A stretch of DNA of 64,000 bases, from NCBI GenBank assembly GCA_002633005.1, contig NMRA01000016.1:462300-526299 (forward strand), given 5' to 3'. The DNA comes from Phoronis australis (Eukaryota; Animalia; Phoronida). Positions 1 to 13,550 of this stretch are shown here, piece after piece. Both the position numbers and the translations under genes were made by a program. The notes beneath the pieces are model-generated. The model was not told the DNA's origin. It ran no database searches and was given only the letters and a program-made list of their open reading frames with translations. Within the stretch, counting starts at the first letter, position 1, and each line of letters begins with the position of its first letter.

Positions 1-797
1 TGTAACCCCACTGGGAGATGGTCAACACCCATTTGGCGCCCACATGGTTTTTGCCTTGTACCCCATTAGCTGTCACCTGGGGGGAATTACCCTCTGAACC
101 CCCATGAGCAATCATTCAAATTTTATTATCCATGGAGGTATGAACTGTTATAAGGAAAAATAATTTGCCTTGTTAAGAACTCAAACATGAAACAAAACCC
201 TGATAGATTTTGAAAGGAGCTTCAAGAGAATAAAAACAAATACACTTTAATATTGATTAAAATACACATTTTCATTCTCATTCGATTATAAGTGGATGTT
301 AGTTTACGTATTCTAACCATTTTCAATCACACAGTAATTTTATTGCACGTTGAACGTCATTAAAGTATGAATTCATCAGTGTTTACATTGTTTCGGACTG
401 TGCTCCTAAGTAAGTATTGATTATTCACCGCTTGGAGCGCTAGTGTTTCGACCGGTAACCATTGCGGCGAATGGTAAAATGGCGGAGTGAACTCTCCTAT
501 ACTCGTACACTCCTTGCTATCAGCAAGTACGGTTGACTGCATCGCACGTGGCCACGTGCCTAAACGAGTTGTCTGACAAAGGTTGGACTTATTACTCACC
601 AGTTCAGGAGGGACACGCCACATTAAATCAAATTGGAAAATGCGCAAAACATGTCTTAATAAGTGGTTGTAATAAATGGTTTTGGGCAATGACGGATATC
701 TACACATTTTTGAAGTGTTTAATTGTAATCTCTGAAAATCTTTTTATGTAATATTTGCGTACATGTGTGTAGGCCTATATAGTCCTTTCTGTTTTAG

Positions 798-3700
798 GTT
801 TGTGCGGTTCAAGGTTTGATCCGTATAAAAAGTAAGTAATATCAACAGATTTTGTCATAAATGCAATAACAAATATTTAGAGGTACATTCCATCTTAGGA
901 GCACCGTTCCGTGACACTGGCACTAGTAACTTACTTGCAACGAGAAATCTTGTCTTATGATGTCTCTGAAAATGTAACATTCTAGCCTCGCCGTCCAATT
1001 ACTTCATTAGAGGTTATTTGCGAAGCACTCACGATTCACAACAGGGGTGGATCCAGAATTTTGAGTTAGAGAGGGCCAGGGCACAGTATTAGCCAGGATT
1101 TTGCCCGTCAGACATTCATTCGCACCCCCGAACTGCCAATGGAATTTGGGAGAATTTTAGGGGGGCATGGCCCCTCCTCCTAAATCCGCCACTGGTGTGG
1201 GAGGGGAGGGGGGCGTGCGTGCGTGATCTCGTACGAAACTTACTTAACGTAATACACCCCTAATGACTTCTTTTATCGGGATTTCGCACAGCTTTTCATG
1301 CGCGCACCCAGAGGGAGGAGGCTCGGGCGGTTCGAACCAGTCCCCCCTAATTTGGCAAAGTGGCAAAAACGTCCGCCTCAGAGAAACAAAAACTCCGAAA
1401 AAAGTAGAGAACGAGACAAAAATCCACTAAGAAGGCAGGAACTACCAACAACATTCGGCAAATGCCCAATTGACCTATCGCCAGGATTATGACGGACGGC
1501 TTAATTGACCAATCAGAACGCAGCATTCTTGGCACACCTTCGTCTGCGTTTCCAAGCCGCCATTTTACCCGACAAACCACAGGTAGTCTAGGAAAACTTA
1601 TTTTAGTCTATAGCTCAAGAAATTGTCCGCTAAGAATGGTGAAACGGTGTTGATATGGCGTGTGTAGCACCGACAGCCGTTATGCTGCTCCAGAATAATA
1701 TCTCTGATCGCACCCTGTGAATCTTAATAAAAGGTCCACATCACTCTAAAAAATTCGAGCCCCCATGTTTTAGGCTGGGTACGCGCATGCCTTCGTGGGA
1801 TGTCGTCAAACTCTAAGCGAAGCATTTGATCGCGCTGGCGTTCACTGAAAGCACCCTTCATTTAACTGATTTGCTCTTCCTGATAATATTCAATAAGACA
1901 TTTTCTTCACTGGGCCAGCTCAGCGTCGAAAACTTTAGCACCAGCAGCCACCAGTTTCACCAAGTTCACACCACGCCCCCGATTGTACCTACGCTGTGTT
2001 CAATATTTAATTTCTTTTAGCTTGTCCTGGAAAGAAGGCTGACATTGTCTTCATGCTGGATGAGTCCAGGAGTATCTGGTACAAACATTTCTTCAACCAA
2101 CTCAACTTTGTCCGCCAGGTGGCGATGACGTACAAAATCAGCCCCAACGCGGTCCGCATTGGAATGGTCACATGGTCTACAAGGGCGCTCAAACATTGGG
2201 ATTTGAACCAATTTAACAGCAAACCAATGTTGCTGCACAAGATATTTACAGTGCGACAGTCTGGTAAGGTCTTTGGCAAATAACATTTTTACGAATAGCA
2301 ATCAAAATATAAATCGGTAAATAAAACAACAAGAATGGATCAACTGAAATTTGAAAATTTCGGATGTAATAACTTCGTTTGTCAACAAAAACAGATATAT
2401 TTTCTACGTTACGAATAGCAAGAAACGTCATATAGGGCTTATACAAAGTCTATGGGATAGTGGTCACACCAGTAGCAGACTAGCGATCTGGTAGAGTTTT
2501 AGTCACTTGGTTTTAGTAATATTTCAAGCTGCCAAAAGTTCCGTTATCACTTTCAGATACGAGTAAACAGGTAACTTTCATCCAATATTAATTGCATGTG
2601 ACTACGTGACACTCATTGATTTTGAATTGGATGACTCGAATCTTTGAACTACATGTCCTGGGATGATGGGCGCGCCTCGATTTTTGCAATCCGTAAAAGT
2701 CGGAACCCCATTTTTCCGGCCTCAACCCCATTATTATGAGTGAAACGGACCATGACAGGAAACAGTTTTTTACGGGTCCAGAAACAACTGAAATTTGAAT
2801 AGGCTGGGGCTTAATTTCTAGTTTGTATTACCAATTCACTCAAAAGACTGGAGAGACATCACCAATCCACTACTTTTCACTATACTAAAAGTGACTTTTA
2901 GAGTCATTCAGATAATCTGTCAATTTGATTGTTATAAAAAAATAAAAAATCTACACCCTTTTCTGTCCATTTAGAAAACTGTTGGTGTCATGTTAAAAGT
3001 GTATCATGTCGGAAATAAGTTTTAAAATTGGTCTAGTAATCTTTTTCACTAAAATGAAGCCGAAGTATCTTAAGAGGCAATACAGCTTCTTGTACTGTGA
3101 ACAGCTACCACACTTGTGTCTTTGCAGGTGGTACCCAAACAAACACCCATCTGGCTCTGACGATGGTACGACATATGTTCAAGCAAAATGCGCGACCGGG
3201 AGCCGACAAGTTGGTGATCCTGATGACCGATGGCGCGTCCTCGAGAAAAGGACTGACCGCCAAAGAGGGTGCAAAGTTATTGGCGGATGGCGTCAGAGTG
3301 TATTCTATCGGAGTAGGACACAATGTAAATACCTCTTGTTAAAAAACAAACAATTTCTAAAACCAAGTATCAGTCACAAATGTGTAGCTTGGTCACAACA
3401 GAAGTGACTTGTTTTGATAACTTTCTCTTGTGTCACTAGGTTGGCTACATTGCATACGACACTTCCGTGTCCCAAATCGTACACTAACTTGGTTCCCGGG
3501 CCTCACAAGCTGACGTCACGGATTGCTTGTGAAGACCCCAACCAATCTCGTGGGTCTGTGTAGGAGACTAATCGTACACACGACCAGCGCCATTTTAAAG
3601 TTATAACGGCCATCTTGCAAAGCCCAACTTCAAGTGACAGTTCGGTATTCAATTGAGACCAGGTTCTCTAACCTGATTTGTCGATCACGACATGTCGCTT

Positions 3701-6700
3701 CATACGCCGAGCACGATCCCAAGGTTCAACGACCTGTCCGTTCTTTGCAAACCCAAAAACCACTTCTCGTTTGAGTAAGGGTCAAGTTGAGACCAATTTT
3801 AAAGTGATAACTGGTCTGAATCAAAAGTTCGTTTCTTGGGCGGAACGCAGGTTCACTAAGCCTTTTAACCGTGGTTTCATTTCGTAATAGTTCAGTAAGG
3901 ATAATTTTGACAAATAAATTAACATTTACAGCTAGGAAACGTTGTTGTCTATATTCAACCGCTTCCTTGCAATTTTATATAGGTTGCCATGGACGAAGTC
4001 TGTTCAATATCCTCAACGGCTGCGCCACCTGTCGAAGAGCCGGAATACGATGATGAATTCGGGGATTATGATTACTTGGACGAGTACGAAGAACCGGAGC
4101 CTGAAGTGAAAAGACAATGCTTCCAAGCCAAGAACTTTGAAGCACTCAACACGAAACTGAAAGACGAGCTGATTGAATCGACATGTGAAATCAAGGAAAT
4201 ATTGACCGGAGGTGTGAATCTGGTGTTTTTTTTTCGTTGTTCTCTGTTCTTATTTTCATATGAGGATTTATAGCCACTGCTAGGTCTCATTAAAACTGTT
4301 AATATTTAAATTTGTAGCAAGCGCCACCTAGTGACTTCCTGGAGAACTGCGTGTACAAGTATAAACAGGAAAAGAAACAATTGGTAATTAAATTGCGGTT
4401 TTAAAGAAAACACCACAACTGATACACTTAAAAACAAGTGTAGTGTGAACATATAAAAACTAGTAATTCCAAATATTACGGAATCGTTATTTTATGGTGA
4501 AATCAACAAATATAAAAAATTGTGCCTTGTTTCATTATGATAACAATGAAATATTATTATACACATTTACATAAAAATAGTCTCGCGCAGAAAGAGACTT
4601 TCCTGAGATTGTAATTGTAACTGGTCCTCTGATGGTTTCCGGCACACTGAACAACCCGAGGTTGTTTGTAAATTAGTACTTCATGTGCATGTTTCACAAT
4701 TTAATGAGATTATTAGTTTTTAAATGATTCGTTAAATGTGGCTCATTGGGAACGGAAAAAGGACACACAAAAAACGCCATGCTCATTATACTTCATAAGC
4801 AAACACGCGCATTATCTTATTTAGATCCTGTCCACGTGTAGGCCCTAATCGCATGTTATTTTCGGACGACCAAAGCACGACATTACGTTGTAATATAGGG
4901 ATTCAAAAGCAATGCCAAACGACCATCTCTGCTTTTGATAGCTTACTCTGCTTCCCTTTCTCGTAAATTGTCTCTTTGCGGAATTACTTTTTATTTCTAT
5001 GCGAGCCGTTTAGTCGATAAGACGGTCTCGCCACCTGGTGACTGCATGCATATGTAGGCATACAAGAGTTAGCTACTGCATCTTTCATGCTTTGGCGCAA
5101 ATATCTACGTGCGAATCCCTTGTGCAAAAAACCATTTTGTACAGAACTGCGTCTTTTCGAATGCCAGAGGTATCGGCAAACCCTCATAAATACGTGCGTA
5201 CGCGGAAAAAATAACAACTGCATGTACTCAATTCATATGTTATCTGAAAAAGTCCACTTCTCTTGTCATGTCACATTCGCTTATCTAAAGACATTTCAAA
5301 TAATCGGAGTGATAAAGATTTTGCCCGTGTACTTGAAAGAGTTTTGATTTTGCGTACATGTGTGCATGTGCATACAACAAAAATATAATTTTGAATTTGA
5401 TTAATTCATGCCACTAAAGCTACCTCCGATACTGAAGATCTCCCAAGAGAGTAATCAGTGTACTTGTACTGTAAGAGCCTAAAGCCAAGTGTTAATTTGT
5501 AGAGTGTAACGCCACCATTGAGGCTGACGTCGCCTTCGTCTTGGGCTCTGTTCACCAGAACCCCCCGGGCGCCAAGCAAACCGTGGGATTCATCAGGACG
5601 CTAATAGCCAGCAAGAACATGTTCCTCGGTCCAGTACAGGTACTTGAAGCACTGTGGGGATAAATTCCGAAATGCGCTCTTTGGAGCATTTAAGACAAAA
5701 GCTTTATGAAAAATAATGCTATAATATGCTTATTTGTGTAGGCCTATTGCATAAACTGGCTTAATCTTACCTACTTGATCACAATACGTGAATGTCACTG
5801 AACTGGGTTCAGACGCATTCTTTGTAAAACGAATGCTTGATGTCAGCACCAGAGTTTCATCTTTCTGGCCGGATTAGAATTACTTCAGCAGAATCTCATA
5901 GGCCGCACTTGACCACTCCGTTCAGGCAGCCGGGACAAATTGATAATACATCTCGGCTGCGTTTCGTAGTCCTAGTATAGTCGCGAGAAAAGGTATTGTG
6001 ATCACGTGATTTACTTATCATACACGGTGATATCTTGTTGCGTGATCGCACGTTTTCGCAAGATTTCGTGCTTCTACGACACGGAGACTTGATTGGGTTT
6101 CGATGATGACTTCTGGTTTGAAAGCCAATCAAATGCCTTAGTTGGTTGCACCGGCTGGACCGGCAAAGTGAATAAAGTGCAGCCATTATCTTCAACCAGG
6201 GGTGCGTTCCGTAGTCGCACAGAAGAATTTCACGAAAAAGCAAGATCAAACAAGACCACGCAAAATCACGCGAGGGAATCGATGGCGATGGCAAGTGTTT
6301 CGCGAGTATGCTCGGGAGATAACTAACATGGGCTACTCTAGCAAAATTTATCAAATGGCGGTCACTCAAGTGATTGGTCGATGAGGTTGCGCTGTTGAAT
6401 TGTGGGATAGAAGTCACGTCTTTCGTTCAAGAAGCGAAGATTTGTCGCCTCAAGTTCAGCGCACACTGGGTCCACGGAACGCAGCTCAATGACCGTTTCA
6501 TAAGTTAAAGCCAAATTGTTACCATTAGTTTATTATAGTCGATCTTTGTGAATTCCAGCTGGCGCTAGTTCCCGAAGATTACATAAGCCTTGGGTTTGGC
6601 TTCAAGACATATGGGTCCAACCGCAGCTCCACCTTGTCCCACCTGGACTACGCATTGACGAGATTCGAGACGACGGCAGATCTCCTCAATACGATGCAGT

Positions 6701-8499
6701 AAGACATCATAATTAAATCCTGCTTTAACAGAATAACGTGTCCTTCCAGACAACTTTTGCACATCAGTTATGTTTCGAATTTCCACCAGGAACGGAAGAA
6801 ATAGACCCTGGAGAGAAAAACCTAGAAATGCTTTAATGCAAACAATAGTATATGTACAGTACAAGTTGCAACATTCGACTCGTGTAAATAAGCTTGCCGA
6901 TTACGGTTCTTGTGCATGAGTAAATGTTATATTTTACGCAATAATTTACTGCAACGACGTTCAAATTGTAGAAGATTATCCATATCATTGCAATTACTGT
7001 CGAGAACACGATATAAATAATTGCTGTTTAAGATTAAAGAAGCTATGTACCCGCGTTCCGTCGAAGAAGCAAGCTTTTGATTTAAATCATTTACTGCTTT
7101 AAGATTAGTCTCAACTGCTCCTTTTCCAGAAGAGAAGTGGTTTTGGGGCTTGCAATAATTGGCAGTGACTGAGCTCGAGCAATTACGAACTGCCAGTTCT
7201 TTCAAAGTCCTGAAACCAACTTCAATTGAATTAAGGAAATTTTGAGGCCAATTTCATAACGGTATGATTGTGCTCTGAATCAAAAGTTTTTGGTGACGGA
7301 AGGTGAGATTATTGCCGCTTTGGTATTTCATGTTTAAAGTGACAACAACAATGTCTTCTTTTAAGGTTGGGTTACTCCCGAGTCGCAAGACATCCTGTAT
7401 CACCGGTTCTCATTCTTGGTGCATTTCATATTTACAGAGACCGCACGTTCAGTGAACTCGAGGGTCATCGTCCAGGGGTTAGGAAGGTTGCAGTAGTCAT
7501 GCTTGACCGACCATCAGCAAGTAGAAAAGAAACCATTCGGTCGGCGGCAGCGGCAAGAAAGAAGGGCGTGGAAATTGTCTCTGTTGGTACGTACAGTTAA
7601 GAGGAGTGTGGAATTTGATGTTCCTGTTGAAATGGGTGAAGGGTTGAGGCGACGGACTTCACCGTGTGGAATTGATTGTAGACATAATAGTGTTGTCGGT
7701 GGTGATTATGAAGACGACATTGATGACGACATTGTCAATGGTTTGATGGATATTTTAGTACGATGGAGGTGGCGATGGTGGTCGTGGTAGTTGTGTAAGT
7801 TGTTAAGAAAGACGGTGGGTTTTGTGGTGTTGATTATGGTGGCGATAGTGATGGTGGTTCTGTTGGTGATGACGATGGTGGTGAAGAGGATGACGATGAT
7901 GGTGATGTATTGATCAGGGGCGGATCCAGGATTTTGAGTTAGAGGGGGCCAGGGTAGAGTATTAGCCAGGATTTTGCCCGTCAGACATTTGCACCCCTGA
8001 ACTGCTAAATGGAAACTGGGAGAATTTTAGGGGGGCCATGGCCCCCTTGTCCCCCCTCTAAATCCGTCACTGTTGATGACGCTAATTGCAAAGGTGGTAG
8101 TGGTGGTGACGATGACGACCACTGCAATAATTGCAGGCATTTGCCGATACATTGTCCTCCAGTAACACATAAAATATTGAGGTTTGTTGATAAATCTCCG
8201 TGATTGAGAAAGTTGAATTCTTTTCACTCTAATGTTTGATACTGCAAACCGGGCACTTGTCCGTTAGGGAAAATTTATTCACAGTATCGTTACCTAAATG
8301 ATTATCTTTTTTCAGTTCGTAATGGAGGTTGATAATCGACATTTGTGTTTGTTGCTCGTTTGCAGGAATTGGCAAACAGTTTGATAAGGTGGAATGGTCT
8401 CGTATAGCAAGCAACCGGAAAATGAGAGTGCGCATCCCTACATATGACGCGTTATGGAAGTCAGCCAATGAAACGCTGTGGTTCCATATTTGTCCATAA
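798..8499 (+). CDS. Secreted two-VWA-domain matrix protein, paralogue A (matrilin/collagen VI-type VWA domains); 5' partial, spliced
   Basis: Exons 798-831, 2021-2263, 3128-3324, 3983-4211, 5503-5639, 6559-6698, 7438-7586, 8366-8499, all AG/GT bounded and phase-compatible. Spliced peptide ...VCAVQGLIRIKTCPGKKADIVFMLDESRSIW...GGTQTNTHLAL...LVILMTDG...VYSIGVG...ECNATIEADVAFVLGS...RPGVRKVAVVMLD...IVSVGIG...WFHICP*. VWA1 has the MIDAS motif DxSxS..T..D. The ATG exon was not found in 1-797. Confidence 0.92.
1042..1194. mobile_element. MITE family R1, copy 1
   Basis: Ends CAGGGGTGGAT...ATCCGCCACTG; core GTATTAGCCAGGATTTTGCCCGTCAGACATT shared with 7915-8072 and 26355-26476. Confidence 0.8.
1297..1789. 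mobile_element. MITE family R2, copy 1, containing a segment shared with another repeat
   Basis: TIR CATGCGCGCACCCAG / CTGGGTACGCGCATG; both ends match 54358-54601; interior ~1470-1603 matches 15120-15244. Confidence 0.78.
7690..7910. repeat. Degenerate (GGT/GAT)n low-complexity tract
   Basis: Runs such as ggtgatgacgatggtggtgaagaggatgacgatgatggtgat; continues at 8073-8125 beyond the MITE. Confidence 0.75.
7915..8072. mobile_element. MITE family R1, copy 2
   Basis: Near-identical to 1042-1194; flanked on both sides by TTGAT; sits inside a GAT/GGT-rich tract. Confidence 0.8.
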
Positions 8500-8521
8500 T
8501 GCTGGATTTCGGAAATCTCTA

Positions 8522-8527
8522 AATAAA
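8522..8527 (+). terminator. Candidate polyadenylation signal of VWA paralogue A
   Basis: AATAAA 23 bp after the stop codon; a second AATAAA lies at about 8979. Confidence 0.4.
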
Positions 8528-11500
8528 AATGGCATGTTGTTGCGTGCTTTTTGACTCATGTGAAATTGGCCTCATGCATGTCAGGCCAAGCTGCCGATTG
8601 CAAAGGGCTCTTAATTATTAAGATGGTCGTGGAACTGAAGGCTATTTGTGCCCTAATAGTGAAACCTGGGGCACAGAAGAGAACGAATGTGGAGTCTGCT
8701 TCCATGGATTGGATAGAATTGAAGATGACAATGGTCAACTGAAGACGCAAACGTTTTTGATGAAACGTTTTTTGGAACCATTTCATACATGTGAACGCTG
8801 TCAGCGGCACAACGAGTGGCAACTGGAGGTTAAACGTGAATATCGAAATGATTGTTTTGTGAATGGTTGGCACAGTGACGGGTCTAGCTAACTTTTAGAT
8901 AACACAATTATGAAATGTTTCGGCAATATGTGTAAAGTTTCATGTTGATTTGTACATGTATTTAACGACGCCTGTTGGAATAAAGGTTTTAATGCTATCC
9001 TTTTGTTTACGTGACTGTTAACATCGCCACAAATACTTAGTGTGCACCTCCACGGGTGTTTTGTGACATATAGGAACCCGTCCTCAGTTACAACCCTGCA
9101 TTCGTCTAGGACTGCATTTCCTCAAAAACGAAAAATGAACCAAGCCAGTTAAGCTCTTTAAATCGATCTCATAATATTGCTTGTCGTCGTAGGATTTGAT
9201 TTCCGTTACCAAGAAGAACACCAAAATCATCAGCGTTTCAAGAAAACACTTCAGAATTTATTGGGGTTGGACAACCGAAAAATTTTGCGAAATCGAAAAT
9301 GGCGCTTGTATTCGTGCCTGTGACTTCATTTGACGGCTAGACAATTCAAGATCAAATGAGTGTTCTTTTGCACCCCAAGACCTTTAGCCAAGAATTCAAC
9401 ATCGGCGAAGTTCCCCTTTAACCTTTTTACTATTAGTTTTCTAAGTTAATTTTCATGCAAACCTGGCCGCCATTTTATCGGTACACCACCAGAAATAAAA
9501 AAAAAATTATCGAAAATGCCATATCAAATTTCATTAACTTTGAATAAGCATCACATAGGAAAAATTTTTGCCCAATTGGTTATAATAAAAATGTAAGTTC
9601 GCAGCTGAACTAAAAAGAGGGTAGTAATCTTTAAGAAAAACAAAAATAAACTGAGTTCAAAATGTAGGACTACAAGATCAATGCTCCTAATCATTTGCTA
9701 TCACGTGACAGGGCAGAGTCGGAGTGAAGACACATACACAGACATCTGCTCCATTAGACTCGAAAGAATCACAATTGTCACATTTCCTTATATCACTGCC
9801 TAGCAACTGTTTGAAATAGAAATGATACCATTCAATATTTTTTGACGATTTGGTGTCTTTTCGTGCGGCATCGGTATGAAAAACTGAGCGCGTATTAAGT
9901 TTCTCTAAGAAAATTTGCCTTGATTAACCACCGTATAGAGGAGTCGAACAAATGAATACACTCACTACACAGCCAGAAGGCTGAATGTTACTCCAAATGG
10001 TAGATTTCCTGCGGCTGGTCAAGCAACAATTAATTTTGGAAGAAGTTTGTAATGTTCTACATTAAGTGTTGTTACATAACTATTTGGATTATAACTGAAA
10101 CAATCGTCCTTCACAAAAACTCGCCGATGCAAATTATAAAAAACATTATTTAGAGAGATTTTATAAAATCACAAAAATGCATAACAGTCAACCGTTCCAA
10201 TACAATGAGACACTCTGCACGATCCCGCAGACAAACACTATGCACACATGCAAGTTGTGCGGAGCGGTTAGAAGTTAGTAATGTTTTTTAAAATACAAAG
10301 TAATCTGTAAATATTAAGAACAAACTACGAGAATAGACCTCTTTTTACATATTCGCGCACATACACGCACCCACAAACTCTGTACATGTATTTGTTTCAT
10401 GGGAGTAGTGTAACAACCTTACCAAATGCAACATTTTGAAAAGCAAAATTTAGGCCTAATGCACCAAGTTTTCAGCCGTTCGCTTCGGGTCCGCAAATAT
10501 TCATTTACATATGGGTAACATGTTTAATTCTACGTATATAAATTGGCAATAGATCCTACACCCTGCACATTCTTTTGTAATCCAAGCTTAACGCAATTTT
10601 CTCTTTGTTCACTTTTCAATTTTAATAATACGATCGAAAAGTCCTCTTTTCAAGGCAATATCTGTCTTCCTTTTTACGACTGATACATCCATTGTTTGAC
10701 AGTAAATAAAAAATCCGTGAAACTGTTCTCTCAACCATAGAGCAGTAGACCGTTGAACACGTGTTCACATTTTCGTACGAATCTTCCCATCTACTGAAAA
10801 AATGGACTTCCAGCACTTTCACACTAGTCAAGAATCAAAGGTCTGAACGTGGTGCAAGAGTTTGGAGCGCTTTTAAACATCTGATACACGATTGTTAAAG
10901 TAAGCGAGTTAAAAATGGCCATCTTTAAAAAGACTATTCACACGCCGTCTGATGAGGGGGCCACTCATCTAGTATACCGCATGAGAAATTCACATGCGAA
11001 CGTGCCGTGTGATTTGCCTTCTTATCGTCTAACCCCAAATCAGAGGGTAGATCTGCCTTGTTACTGTGAGAAGTCTGCATTCCATTGACATGATTTATAA
11101 TCAGACTCTGCCCGCCAATGGAAATCGCACTTGGCAAATTAGGGTTAATATATGCTAATTTCTCGCATGACGACGGCTAGGACGCCTTTGTGAACGCCCA
11201 TTTTAAGCGCTTAGTCTGCCTTCTGAGCAGACATCCTTATCAAAATCCACATTTTCTCGCCTGTTACTTACCGTCAGAATATTCAATCAAAACATTAATT
11301 TCGACATACACGTACACCGTTGTGTGAAACGCGAACCTAAGGAAATAGATATATTACCTAAATAACACTCAGTATACCTATATATCACCAGTTACACTCT
11401 AAAAAACAACAACCACCCCCACATCCCATCCCAACAAAATCGCAGATCTTTCAGAGTCAGACAGTTTAATACAGTCTGCTTTATAACTGTGACTGATGGT

Positions 11501-12125
11501 CCCCATCATCTCATTTGTTAAACTACTTGCAAATGAGAAAATTGAAATTTGCGTAGGGTTCTACGCGTAGCTCTATTACAATTAGAGGTCGTGCCTAAAC
11601 AATTGAACTTGTTCGCAAAATTGGTGTGCAAAAAAGTCGAGTCGTGTGAGTATCAATATATATATATAGGAAACTTAAAAAACTGGGAAACAGGAGAATA
11701 ATTGCTACTAACGCGTCATCACGCGTTGTCAAATTGGCAAGGTGCCAACTGATGGATGGTTAGAATAGAAGAGCCGTCATAATTGCTGAATTCATTTTTT
11801 CTGTCTTGATTAACTTTCTTAACCTCTGCAAAAATTCAAATATTGGAACTGGCAGTTGAAACGACAGTTCACGTTCCAGCCTGTGGTGTTTCTTACGTTA
11901 ACGTCGTCATCATTAGCTCAACCGTTGGAAGCACCTGCTTCTGTAGAAATTTCAATTTATTTATGCGTTGCTTTTAGTACGAATTCACTATTATAAAATC
12001 AACGAATTGATTGCTTTAAGAACGTGATGGTTTTGCTGAATTGTCAGAAGTAGATAGAGGGTTGTTGGCTCCCAAATAATTTTTTTTGACTTTGAAGATA
12101 TTTCGATTGCAATGAACAGAAAATA

Positions 12126-12260
12126 GCCCGGTGGGTTAACAGGGCGGCAGTGTGGATTTGTGGGAAAAGTATCCGTTTCCTTTACTCAAGGTCATGGGTT
12201 CGAGTCCCACTGGGACACACTGCCAGAAATTTGAGCTGGGTCTCTAGCTCCTCAGCTAGG
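12126..12260 (+). mobile_element. Possible tRNA-derived SINE head
   Basis: T-arm/B-box GGGTTCGAGTCCC at 12196-12208 with a degenerate A-box; no complete cloverleaf. Confidence 0.4.
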
Positions 12261-13051
12261 TTTTAACTATATATTAATAAAGCATAAAAATGGCTCCAGG
12301 TAATCAGTGCAATGAGCCCACCGGTGTACGTCTGGTACAACGTGTACCATATCGCCTGCAAGTATACTTTTAAACAGGGCGAAGCGAAAATGACGATTGT
12401 GCTCGTGCTGTTCAGTTGATGTTTAAGATTATCATTACCTTAAATCTACTCATTCTTTTTGCATATTTTACGTTTTCTATTTCCATGTCACATTACGTAA
12501 TATAGGTTTAAATATCGAATTCCCAAAAGGTTGGCCAACAATTGGTAAGGTGTAAATAGACCAATAGATTTTAGGGCAATAGTCTGATATAACGTGCCCG
12601 AAAAAGAGGATTGAAATTTACAACTTTCCCTTATAATATCCATTATATGAAATTATAGCCTCTGAAAGTTTTACGTTTACAAAACCTGGAGTGATATATC
12701 TGAAATGTTGCCTCCTTTGCTCGAAGTGCAAAAGTCAAAGAAAATTTCAAGACGCGTTCGGTAGAGCAAGTTTCTTGCGGTAAAAGCGAAAAAGCGCAAA
12801 TTTTCGCGATATTATCTCACGAGTCACGGCCATATGTCTGAAGTGAGATACATGAACTTTTATTCCAGTTGGAACATACTTTAATCTTACTGTTGTAGTT
12901 TAGGCGCACCCTGTATGTTCACTTAGTGTTGTTCACCAGTGCCAAATCGCCAACGCATGCAAAATGGATCGGCTATTTCGTGCCCACGACACACAATTTC
13001 CAAAATTAACGCCATTAGCTGGAAAATTGTAATTGATTGTATTTTAGATGG

Positions 13052-13112
13052 TATAAAGTCAGTAAGAAAGTCAGTAGAGATCATTTCATCCGAAGTGGAT
13101 TTGACAAGTCAG
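13052..13112 (+). promoter_or_regulatory. Candidate core promoter (TATA + Inr) and short non-coding first exon of VWA paralogue B
   Basis: TATAAAG at 13052-13058, Inr-like TCATTTC with A at 13083 (31 bp after the first T of TATA), strong donor AG/GTAAGA at 13112/13113. The ATG exon has an acceptor (tttcttctttcag, 16003), so an upstream exon is expected. Confidence 0.55.
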
Positions 13113-13482
13113 GTAAGAGTCAATATATCTACGAACGTTGAGTATTGCTACTTTTAGTATACTATTTAAAGTTGAAAACCCGACTAACAATACGTATACT
13201 TGACTTTTTTAAATACGAAATTAAAACGAAGCAAAATTATGTCGTTTTAAAGTTTGAACGTAGAACAGCAATAGGTTTTAGTTCATTTTTTGAAATTTTT
13301 GGTCTTAAAAAGGCCCATTCACGCAAGTCTGGGGATTTTTTGCGGATTTTTTTCAGGCGAGATTTTTATTCCCATAAACTTGCTTTACGTATGAGTGAAC
13401 TAAAATGACTAGAACTTAGCATCGAGTAGAATTTTCTGGCCACTACCCCAGTTGACTGAGTATCTGTTACCCAATCATGTTT

Positions 13483-13550
13483 TGGTCAGTAGCTGGTCAT
13501 CACCATAGCTGCAGGGTCACAGAGCTATGGTGATGACCACCTACTGACCA
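13483..13550. repeat. 68-nt near-perfect hairpin
   Basis: Arms 13483-13510 and 13523-13550 pair at 27 of 28 positions around a 12-nt loop. Confidence 0.9.

Noticed and set aside
360-751. ORFs 360-707 (-) and 533-751 (+) as the first exon of VWA A
   Set aside because: Neither gives an ATG plus hydrophobic signal core with a phase-0 donor matching exon 798-831.
5896-6417. 173-aa minus-strand ORF and overlapping ORFs
   Set aside because: Intronic, overlaps diverged R3-like repeat sequence, no recognisable domain.
10622-10930. Possible second THAP remnant on the minus strand (KVLEVHF..GK..YEN..STVY)
   Set aside because: Only the C-terminal part is vaguely similar and the Cys ligands are missing; too weak without an HMM search.
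12126-12215. tRNA gene
   Set aside because: Has a T-arm/B-box but no D-arm or acceptor-stem pairing; treated as SINE-like.
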